From positions 682,001-746,000 of the forward strand of contig NW_026250407.1 in NCBI RefSeq assembly GCF_024521635.1: DNA of 64,000 bases, read 5' to 3'. Position 1 is the stretch's first letter. Each line of letters opens with the position of its first letter. The stretch comes from Tricharina praecox (taxonomy: Eukaryota). Shown here piece after piece: positions 12,765 through 23,748 of the stretch. The notes beneath the pieces are model-generated. The model ran no database searches. It worked only from the letters and a program-made list of their open reading frames with translations, and was not told where the DNA came from. A program made the translations under genes and the position numbers.

Positions 12765-14520
12765 CTATGATCTTGGCGGCGGAGTCCTGACGATATCATG
12801 AAAATCCTCCGTGAAGTAACTATTCCTCGCGGGCGTTCCGGCCATCGTCGACGGCGCAAGACTCACTCTCGACGGCGTGGTGGGTAACCGTATGCCCTCC
12901 AGCCCCAGCCCGCCATTGTGCCCTCGCCGAGCGCCAACACCGCCGCCGGAAGAGGATATGCCCTTTTCACTCTCAGCACGGATCGACTCCACGTCCCACA
13001 GTTGCGAGGAGGAAGCCACCTGATTATATTCTCCCAGTTGCTTATCATCCGACCCTCCCAGCCCGCGCGACGTTGGCGACGATGTTGTCGGTACCGCCGC
13101 CGCCGCAAGACTGTTTTGTTTTTCGGTCTTCTTGCGGAGCTTGTAGCGTTTGATGAGGAAGAGGATCGCGATCAGGATTACTATGGCGCCGATGAGACTG
13201 CCCAGGACGGGACCGAGGATGTGGGTGTTGGTGCTGCTGCCGTTGTTGCTGCTGCTGCGGTCGGTAGTGCTTGGTGTTGCGCTGACTATCACTATCGGTG
13301 TGCTGGACGTAGACACGCTGCAGCCAAACGTTGATAGTTCCATATTTCCGCCGTTCGCTCGATTCGCGAGGTAGAATTTCATGCTTTCGTAGTCGACCGA
13401 GAGGTATGCCTGTGACAGAAACGCTGCGCCAAAGACCCCACTGGTCTGGCCAGACTTTGCCTCGAGGACAGCGGATATCCGAACCGTTTGCTCAGTGGTC
13501 GTGTTGAGACTCCGACTCAGCACCTCCGATGGAATCGTGGCGTTGTAGCCATTGCGTAGGGTTATGGTGAGGCTTCCTCCGAATGACTTTGAGTATCGTA
13601 AAATCCGGCCATACTGAGTGGACGAAGGTACTTTGATTTCGGAGCTGTTCAGGTGGCTTGAGTCGGCCACGACAGCGCCAACGGCGCGCTGGAAGGCGGC
13701 TGCGATGGGCGAGGGAAGTACCAGTTGGTCGATGGTATTATCCAGGGTCGCCGTGAAGTTTGCGGCGGGAGCGGCGAGCACCACCTGCTCGCCGTCTTCC
13801 TTGGTGAGCGTGATACGCTCGACCTCAACGTTTAATGCTTCGCCGTTTGGTTCGGCCAGTTCTGATTCGTAGAGACTCCCGCTATACCGGGATCTGTCTT
13901 GGCCGCCCAAGACAAGCGAGTCGATCGACAGCGTGCTAGCATCGTAGCTGAGACCGTAGCTGCGGCTGGGGATTATCTTGGCCTCGTATAGCTCTCGAAT
14001 CAACGTCGAGTCCGGTCCCTGCGGTGACATCAGCTCCGGTTCCGAAAAGCAACCAGCCATCCCGACGTGGAGACGGAAAAGAAAAGGAAGAAAAGAAACT
14101 GACCAGCCCGATGATATTGGACGACGGATCGCTGTCGGTCTTCTTCTCGACGTAGGTGAGATTGTATTCCTCAATCTTGACATCGAGTCCCGAAAACCGC
14201 AGCGAATTCGTGTCGGTGCCGTTCCCATTCCCATTCCTCACATTGACAAAGGTGGCATCATCGACTATCGAGACCGACATCCATAGGCCGGACCCGCTGT
14301 CCTCGCCCAGTTGAACATTCACACGGCCGGCATGATCGGTCGTGGTCGTGTCGGTTGTGGTGGTATTCCCGAGAAGGACGAGTGGCTGGATTCCGCAATC
14401 GACGGCGGCGCTAGCAACGGCGGGAAACAAGACAGCGACTGTAAGGACGACGGCCAGGATCACGGTCGCCATCGAGGGCAGGGTACATATGGTCGGTGTT
14501 TTTCGCAGCAGTGGCAACAT
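12765..14520 (-). CDS. Peptidase A1 (pepsin)-fold type I membrane protein, probably catalytically inactive
   Basis: Signal peptide MATVILAVVLTVAVLFPAVASA (ATG 14472, or 14520); IIGL|GPDS, IPSRSYGL, LVLGGQDRSRY, ATLDNT, VFGAAFLSQAYLSVDY; S/T-rich linker, TM helix ILGPVLGSLIGAIVILIAILFLI, then KRYK. One intron at ~14020-14104. Confidence 0.8.
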
Positions 14521-17500
14521 CCTGATTGGGGGTTATGGGCCCTCGCGTGCAAGTCGAAGCATGCAGGAGGAAGGAGGAAGATGAAGGGAACAAAGGGACA
14601 AAGGAAAGCAGACGAGGAATTCGCAAACCTCGCAAACCGGAGGAGGATCGGAGGAGGGGGGGTGGATGGCAGTCAGATATATAGAGTCGAGCAGAGTCGA
14701 GCAGTAGAGCAGAGCAGAGTAGTCCCGGGCGCGGGCTGCCTACATCACGCAGCAGCGCACACCAACAACCAGTTTTTTATTCCCTTGCGTCGCCTCCGCG
14801 TAGTCCGCATCGTGCGCCTGGCCGAGTGTGTGTGAGTGGGAGCGGGTTGGGTGTGCGTGGGTGGCTTTTTTGGGGACGATACATACACACGTATTCGGCA
14901 GGGCGAGCACCTAGAGCGGAGTGGGTAACTGGCAGGCTCGAGTAGGTAAGAGTCCGCTGCAACTGGCCTAGCAGGTACATGTCAGTTGCTTACTTAGTGA
15001 ACCTGCTGACAGCCGGGGACCGGGGGGGTATAATTAGAAGGCTCACCCTCGCACTCTGGCACTATCGCGCTCCCGACGACGACAACGCTGCTCGTCTTCC
15101 GGAGAACCTGTTCTGGCGGAGCGAGCGAGTTCGCGAGTCGCACGACCGCTGCTTTGCTGCTTGCTGAGTCTGCTCTAGTCGCTCAGAGCGAGCCCAACTC
15201 TCCCGCCGGGGATCGAACGCCTAAACCGGGCGCTTGCATATGCAGACCCAGTGCCCACCCATCCCCCCGAGAGGTGGAACTTCCCATCCGCCCTTGGTGG
15301 TCGCTCTCGAATGTCCATCTCCTCCATCTTCTCCATCACCTCCGTCACCGCCGTCACTTCGGCATTCTCAGCCGTGCGCGCAGTTATGCAGCAAGTGGAT
15401 CTCGCATGCAGGCCTATTCTCTCTCTCTCTCTTTCTCGCATGCCGACCCTACATCATCTGCATACATACCATAATAATACCCTCGACCGCAATGATGATT
15501 AAACAAAAACAACGCCCATCGATGCGGAAGGAGCTTTCGCTCCAGCTGGTACACACATTTACATACATAACCCGAGGCGCTTACCTTTCGGTCGCATCGA
15601 ATGCGTCGGTGTAGGAATCCCAACCCAACAGCCGTGCAACAACTTGGGGTCCGTTTTCACGGTGCTAGGCGCCCGCCGGAGGCTGGAGCCTGGCAGGCAA
15701 GCTGTTCGCGCTGGAGGGCTGGAGGGGTGGGGGGGAGGGATCGAGGGAGGAAAACATCCCACCCATCATCACCCTTGTGCATGCCAGGCACCGGATACTT
15801 ACTACTCAGGCCCTACATATACCGGTACTACATAGCCGATGACGGGGGACGGTGGGTGAAGCGAGATTGCATAGGTACAGAATGCCGCAGTGGACGGCCC
15901 TTGCCTCGCGGCCTCGAGTCGCGATGCGATCCCTTGGTATGTGTCTATAGTATAGGTAGTATGTAATAGGTACACAATTATGCGTCAGCACCCGGACAAA
16001 CGATCGACTCGATGCGTGATGGTGAATTACCTACCTCCTATGCACTCTATGTATATCATACTCGCCCCACCTGCGCCGCGCCTCTCCAGGAGTCCAGGGG
16101 AGCCGAGACGGCGGCACCCCCTCTTCTCCTTCTCCTTCTTCTTCTCCTTCTTCTTCTCCTTCTGGCGCACGGCACACTCCTTCCGGCCGGCTGGATACGG
16201 TACATACATAGCCTCGAGAATCCCAATTGGAGGCTATGTATGCAATCGCGTGTCGAATCGACGTCCAAATAAGGTGCGGCTCGGGGCACGGGTGAAGTGT
16301 CAGTGTCAATGCCAGGTACCATGACCTCCAGCTCAATGCCATCGAGAGAGAGCCTAGCAGAGGCTGCGGCCTGCGGGATCGCTATCAATGGAATCCGAGA
16401 TCGCTTCCGTGGAGCTTTGGGTAGGTAGGTGTGTAGAGTACATAAAATATTTCTTGTGGGTCTGCGATGTGCTGGTGGTGGTGGTGGTGGTGATGGTGGA
16501 AAGAATGGGCTGGAGACCGTAAAAACTGTAGTGACTTTGGAAGCTTGTCTGTCTGGGACTCTGGAACATGCCAACGCAACGAGCGCCATCCAGCATCAAA
16601 AGATAGGTATTTGGTTGTCAATAATGATACATACGGCATATATATGGGTATGGGTTTCAGACACATATAGCTGGGGCCGGATAATTCATCGCCACTGTAC
16701 TGGTATAAGTAGTAGGTAGCCAAGGTGGCCTTTCCAAGTTCGTGATGTCGAGTTCATGGCCTGAACCGAACAGCGGAGACAGAAGGCCCGCCTCAAACTT
16801 AGTGACTTGGACAGTCATTTCCTTGACCCATTCCCTCCCAGCTCTTTGCTCTGAGTATGCACACATACGGGCTGTATGTAGAGTACATAATTCCATCCCG
16901 CGCTGCTTCCGACGAGCAATGACGAGATACATCCTACTGGTACATATGTCTCAAGCTCCTCAGCCAGCCATTGGCCACCTGGAAAGCACGGACCATGCTC
17001 CGCGATCCACCGTCCACCGTCCACCGTCCACGGATTGTAGCGAGTGACACCGCTGCGAGCCTGCGAGTTGGACCCAGCCGATCCCGCTCCCATACCACCT
17101 CCCACCACTTCCCACCACCTGGCCTCCAGCGCAATTGGCCAACAAGCTATCCGCTGCTACATACCTATTCCTAGCGGACGGAGGATTCCTCCTGCTATGT
17201 GGCCTCCGGAGTGAGGCCGATCGCTGGCGTCTCTATCTACAATTGACTGTATGTAGGTACATACCGTAGTCATGGCTCGGAGGAAGAGCACTTGATGCGG
17301 GTACACCTCCTAGAGCATACCGTATCTCAGAGTATATGTATATAATGTACGGGGCCTTAGTTCCAATCGGGGGCGGGGTGTGGGGCATGGACAGTGAAAG
17401 CCAGTGAGATCTACCTAGGTAGTCCGCTGTGCACAAGCACAAGCTCTGGCAATCGGTGCAATCGGGGTGGAGTGTGTGGAGTGTGTGGAGTGCTGTAGAG

Positions 17501-18239
17501 AGTGTGTGTGGCTTTTCCGCACGGGCCAGCGTGATTCGGTAGTACTGGTGGTGAGGAATGGGGATCGGGAGGAGCGGGCTTCCGGATCACAGCGTGGCCG
17601 TGTGATGTCGTGCCGTCGACGCCATGCGGAACACGATTGGCAGTGGCGTGCGGTGCAGAGCATTGGAGCCGGTGCAACCATTCTGGCGGAGGTTCCGGGG
17701 GCTGCGGACCTGCGAGGCTGCGGAGCTTATGGAGCTTATGGAGCGTATGGCGTATGTAAGTAGAGTGTCGATACCCATTCCTGCGGCGTGTGTGAGATGG
17801 TGGGGCGCAGTAGACAAGGTAGCATTTCTTGTGTTGTGTTGGGTACCTACCTACCTTACATATTATACATACCTGCAGCAGTGCCCGCAAGAGGTATTAA
17901 CCTACCGGTAGTTAACCGCTCGGCCCGCGCAAACACAATGCAGCCCGCGTGTGTGCTTCCGAACACGGTACATACCGTACATACCAATCGGCATTTGGGT
18001 CACAGAGTGCAGGGCCGAGGAGAGATGTCGGCAGTGTCGATCGGCATTCAAGCCTGTTCTCATGTACGGCAAATGTCGTGCTCGGCCTAAGGCCGCACAC
18101 ATGCACACGTGCCAAATCGGCCCGATTTAGATGAGTTTCAGGGAAAATAAAGAAAATAGGGAAAAATAAAACTGGCTTCAACGCTGAAGCTTCCCTGCAG
18201 CCGTACGGTCCTTCTTCTTCGTCACCAAACCTTCAGTGT

Positions 18240-18308
18240 CTCTGTTCCGTCTTCAATCCCTCAACTTCACCCCTCTGTTCCGTCTTCAATTTCTCAACTT
18301 CACCCCTC
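18240..18308. repeat. 33-bp direct tandem repeat (~2 copies)
   Basis: ctctgttccgtcttcaat(cc/tt)ctcaacttcacc repeated twice. Confidence 0.85.
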
Positions 18309-18995
18309 ACAACGTCCATTCAACTTCCATCTCTCACTCCACATTCCACTTCACGACCCCACACCATGGACGTGCTCTTCCCATCTCAAACTTCTCTTTT
18401 CATTTCCCACGTCCTATTTCCAAACTCTCAAGCCCTCTACCCCGCCGCAACTTTAATTCACACCTCCAACCTACTACACCTTACTGTAACATGACGAGCC
18501 TAAGCCGTGGAGTTACTCTTGTCATCTCACGATTCTCTCTCTTGTCTCACACTCTCGATTGCTGAGGTTCCAAGCCCCCCTATCCCGGATCCCACCGTCT
18601 TTGCATATATTGCCGCTGTCATTATAGATCCCGTCGACTCGTCAATCTACCTAAGGCTGATACCCGAGCCAGCCTTGCTCGCTTCCTAACACCCTTCATG
18701 TCAGCATATCCAAATCTGATAGGGCGATGCACGAGCTAAACTTGTTCGAGCTCTCGGATAAGCAACAACCTTGTTTGTCCTCCCTTGCGCTGCTACTTTG
18801 CTTTCCACCTCTTCGGTGGGTGGTGAATATCATATCATGGCGACCGACTCTGACAACTCCTAGACTTTCTTACTTTCTTTTCTACCACGACACACGGACA
18901 GAACTTCTTTCATTGTACTTGCTTGCAGCTCCACATTCCTTCCTCTTCCAACAACACCTTCTCACCACCACCACCCCGCGCAAGAATAAGTCATT

Positions 18996-19424
18996 ATGCC
19001 TCGCGTCAACAAAGGTCCGCAACCCCCATGACCCCCATATCTCCCCTCGATCTCCCCTCCCCCAAAATTTCCATAATGCTTACACTTTCCAGGAGTCCTC
19101 GTTGAATGGCATCGCCCCCCCCCCCCCCTCCCCTCCTCTTTCCCACCTCACCTTACATTATCCACAACCCTTGACCAACCAACTAACCGTCGTACCTACC
19201 TATACAGTGACCCATCGATCAAAGCGATCCTCCTCAAGATCGACACGGACGGCGGGCACGCCTACATAATCGAAGACCTGGACGAGTCCCACCTGGTTGT
19301 AAAAGAGGCCAAGCTCGCAGAGCTTAAGATGCGCCTCGACGAGGTCCTCCGCAAGACCAGCATGCAGGAGCGCGAGGAGGAGACCAGCGACGACGAGGGG
19401 GGGGAGGGGGAGGCGATGTTGTGA
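18996..19424 (+). CDS. TFB5: TFIIH subunit Tfb5/p8
   Basis: Exons 18996-19014, 19093-19108 and 19208-19424 give MPRVNKGVLVECDPSIKAILLKID...YIIEDLDESHLVVKE; the second intron needs a GC donor. Confidence 0.93.
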
Positions 19425-20830
19425 CGAGGGGGAGGCCAGGTAAGTGCTGTGCCACTTCCGTTTGGAATACTCTATATGGGGGGACGGGGGATTGGGGACA
19501 AGGGGGATGCGAGAGTGCTGCTGACTGACTGACGACTTGACTGACTGTTGGTGATACACCTAGGGCGCGAGATTTCTTGGGTTTTGAATACAAAATTTTG
19601 GTCTACCACTGCGAGAGAGGCTACTCCCCTACTACTAAGTCAAGTCTTATACGCGGGCTTCGGAATACGGAATACAAGGGACTATAATAAAGGATTGGTC
19701 ATGGTTTATGTTCTCGCTTCCTTACTATACAGACGGTTACGCTGCGTTCCCTCGATGTGACGACGCGCTTCCGCATCCGCACTATACTAGCCCACCACCG
19801 CAGCAGATCGGCGAGAGCCTCAGAGCCTCTTCCCCAGCACCTCAAGGTGGGGAGCCGAGAAAAAAAAAGTTCACTGGGACAACAATCACGGTGAGTTTAC
19901 TTGTACTTCTTCCCCACTTCGAAATCAATTCCTTTTTTTCTCTGCTTCTTCTTTCTCAACCAACAAACTTTCCTTTTGTGCCTATCAACTATCATACACC
20001 GGTCTCATTTGTGAACGGGATGCAGAACGAGAAAAAAAAAGAAAGAGAAAAAAAAGACAAGAACGTGCGGACAAGATAAAAAGACACAAAGTAACTGACA
20101 TCCCCCAATTTCTCTCTCCAGCTATCGAAACGGCAGAATCAAGCACAGCATCAGCAAACCTCTCGCATGGTTCCGTCCGCCTGGCCCTCGGAATCCATAC
20201 AGTCCACGTCCGTATGGTCCTCGTCCCGCCCGTTCGCCGTTTTTAATAACACCGCCGTCTTCACCCTACCTACTAACCATGAACCATATCCACCAGTCTT
20301 CGGAAATGATAGCGGAAACAACAATCGCAAGCAACCATGCCTTTCACGCACACCACCAATCTCACTCTCTCCTTTACAGAAAAAAACGATACATGAAAGG
20401 AGAGAGCGAGGAAAAACGACAAGACAAAAACAACAAACGCAACAATGTCTTCAACCTTTGGGATTTGCTAAAAAAAGGTATGGTGAGCGAGAAAAAGAGG
20501 TACGTACGGAAATCGCAACCAAACCAAATGAGACAGATCAACGCCCGACTAAAGATACACCCCAGAAGAAACGACGAAAAAAAACAAGCATCGGCGTTAT
20601 GGAAAAGAAAAAAAGACGAAACCTCTCGGACGGACGGACATTTGAAGGAAGCACCAACCAACGCCACACCACACACAAAGAGATGTACCGGTTCCTATCG
20701 ACGAAAAAAAAGACGGCAACAAGAATCAACGATTATCAGGCCATACCGAACGAGAAAACAGAAAATGCGTTGTGACGGCGTTTACACGGCGGAAAAAGGA
20801 CGTGGAAACGATGTGACGAGTGAGGTTGGA

Positions 20831-23748
20831 TTACTCCTCCTCGCTCTCGGAGCCGGAGCTCTCGTCATCGTCACTGGACTCGCTATCGGCATTATTCGCA
20901 GCAGCTGGGATGACGTTAGACTCTCCCTTCGGATTTCTCGGAACGGCACCCGGAACGGCACTACTATTGGAATACAACATACCAGGAGCGGCCGGGGTGA
21001 AGGTGGTACCAGGGTTCTCGAAGCTATGGAGACGAGACTCAATGTCCTTGATTTTGGCCTCCTGTTCGGCGGCAGACATCGGCTTGTTCTTCCTTCCCTT
21101 CGCACCAGGCTTGGACTTTGGCTTGGGCTCGTACGTCTGCTCTGGGGGAGGAGGTGGGGGCGGGACATAGGTCTTGGCGATCTCCGGCGCATTCTTCGAC
21201 ACATATTTGTAAAGCTTGTGCAAGGTGTGGGGATCAAGCTCATCAATGTCCAACTCGATTTCGGCTCCATCCTGTGAAAAAACGTCAGCCACCAATTGAA
21301 CAACGTGAGGATTTCCGAGGTTACCAACATTACCGAGCTCGGGCATCATCTCCTTGATCATGACCAGAGCGTAATGCATCTTCTTAGGAGGCAAAAGGTT
21401 GATCCTCTCGGAGAGTTCAGTCTTCTGTTCCAACGAGATGTACGGAACATCCTTCTTGGACTTGGGAGCAGCGGCTGACTTCTTGTGAGGGGCCCCTGGA
21501 GGATTGTTGCTGTGGCCACCCGACTGCTTACGGCCACCAGCAGCAGCCTGCTGGGCTTTACTCTTGTGGCTCTTGGACTGCTGTGCAGGCGGAGTCTTCT
21601 TCTTCTTCTTGAGAGAAGAGATCTCTTCCTTCATCTTTTCAAGCTGCTTTTCAAGCTCAGCAATGTTGGGCTGCTGAGTATCTTCCTCCTCCTCGCTCAT
21701 CTCTTCGTCTTCAGGAGGAGGGGGGCTAGCAGACTGCGGAGAGCGACTACCCGGGTTGACGTAGAGCGGCTTCTCCTTCCACTTAAGATCGAAGACATGC
21801 TCCAACTGCCTACCCATCTGGTGGACCGCCTGACCCTCCGGGTTGAACTTGTAACAGTTGTTGAACATCAGACGCATGTCCTGCTCAAACTCGTTCGCGT
21901 TCTCATAGCCATTCATCTTGAGCTTCTCAGCCATGGTGTGCAGATCCATCGGGCGCTTGATAACCTTGAAATACTCAGGGATGTTCAACGCAACCGGATC
22001 AACAGGGTTGTAAAAAGGAAAGGCGTAACCTTCATGAGCCTTCTTATTAAGCTCTTTGAGGACAGTGTCGCAGAACTTCAGCTCGGCGGCATTCTGCTTC
22101 CTGCGTGGCTTCGTCGAATACGGCAGATCCTTGGGCGCAGGGGGGTGAATCTCGCGCTTGGGTCGTCCGTCTCCCGCCGTCGAATCGCGTCGAATCTGAG
22201 GCATACCCGAAGGCTGCAGTGAGAATACCGGAGAAGCAGCGGGGGGAGACTGGGCCGATGGCTTGGGCTCCTTCTTGTGGGACTGCTTGGTGGTAGTTTT
22301 CGACGCACCACTCGCCTTATTCTGGTGACTCGCAGCAGCTGCACCGCTGAGAACGTGGCCCTTCTTCTTGGGCTTTGGCTTCTCAACATCGACAACGGCC
22401 TCGGAGGGGATGTCTTTCATCTGGCGGTAAAACGACGCCTCCATCGATCTGGACATGGCCGTAATGTTATTATCGGCCCCATTGAACGTCAAGCAGTTCG
22501 AAAGAATCTGTTTGAAGTCATTCATGAAAGAATCTAGGTCGGTGTAGTCGTTACTGTTCAACTTTCGTTCCATGGTCTGAAGATCCATTGGCTTGGTGAT
22601 GAGCTGGTAGTACGTAGGAACGTTCAACTTTACTGCGTCGACGGGCATCGAGAAGGGTCTGCCATCCTTCGAGCGGCGTAAGCTCCTGATCACAGCCAAT
22701 ACGAACTTCGCTCTCGCGGGCGTCAACGGACCGGTGTACTGGTTGGAAGTCGACGCGGAGGCGGTCGCAGGCTTAGACTCGGTAGCATCTTCCGTCTTCG
22801 CGCGCTTAGTGGGACGGTCTTCACCGTCGCCCTCATCCTCCTCACGCTCGCGGCCAGACTTCTTCGGCGGGGCATCCTGCATCGCATGATCGTCTTCCTC
22901 AGCGGCGGGAGCGCTCGGGGGAGAAGTGGCCTCGGTCTTCGTCTCCTCTGGCTCCGGATCCGATTTAGTTTCAGTCGAAGCCTGATCACCACCATTCTTC
23001 TTGTCTTGAACACTCTCCTTCATCGGCAGATCCTCAGAAACCCTATCGAAAGTGCCCGTACGCATGACCGAGCCGTCCGGCGAAGTGATGTGGAGGTCCG
23101 AGAGCTCCTGTCCGTTATCGCTGGAAGCATGCTGGATGGGAGGAGTTGGTATCGGCGGTGATGGAGGCGCAGCGACTCCTTTGTTTCCATTCACGGCGGG
23201 GGCGACTTGGTCGGCTTCTCGTGGAGATGAAGGCGGACGGACAGATGAAGTATCATTTGACTTCGAACTAAAATTGAAGAGAGAAATTTTGTAAATACAA
23301 TTGTTTTTTCAACGGATAGACATGCGGTAGACAGTAGGAGACGACTCGGAAAGGGAAAGAGGTTAAAGCAATGCTCGGCTTGATCAATCACCGCAACCTT
23401 CATCTATCCACCGCAACCACAACCATCGAGCGGAACAGTCCCAGAAGACAGCAGTGCACGAGGGCACTGTGACGCACGAGGCATGCATCCCACTCTCCGG
23501 CGGGGTTGAGATAGAAGAATGGTGGGGAGGGAGGTATGTGGCAGAAGGGAGAGGGCAGAGCAGGGGAGAGGCAACGGGCAACGGGTAGGAAGAGGAACAG
23601 GGCAAACTCACCCGAAATGATCCAAGTCCATTGCCGACGCCTCGTCCGATGCCGTGCACACGGCGCCCGCCGAAGCAGGAGTCGGGGCAGCAGATGAAAC
23701 TTTGTTCTCTGGGGCACTGATGGAAGGCTGTGGGCTCATCACGGCCAT
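20831..23748 (-). CDS. BDF1: BET-family double-bromodomain protein
   Basis: Two bromodomains (PFSMPVDAVKLNVPTYYQLITKPMDL; PFYNPVDPVALNIPEYFKVIKRPMDL), ET domain (SLEQKTELSERINLL, EIELDIDEL) and acidic SEED tail. Introns at ~23611-23268 and ~21330-21272. Confidence 0.95.

Noticed and set aside
20167..21277. 202-aa and 332-aa Lys/Arg-rich plus-strand ORFs
   Set aside because: They arise from the A-rich complement of the U-rich BDF1 3'-UTR and from the BDF1 antisense strand.
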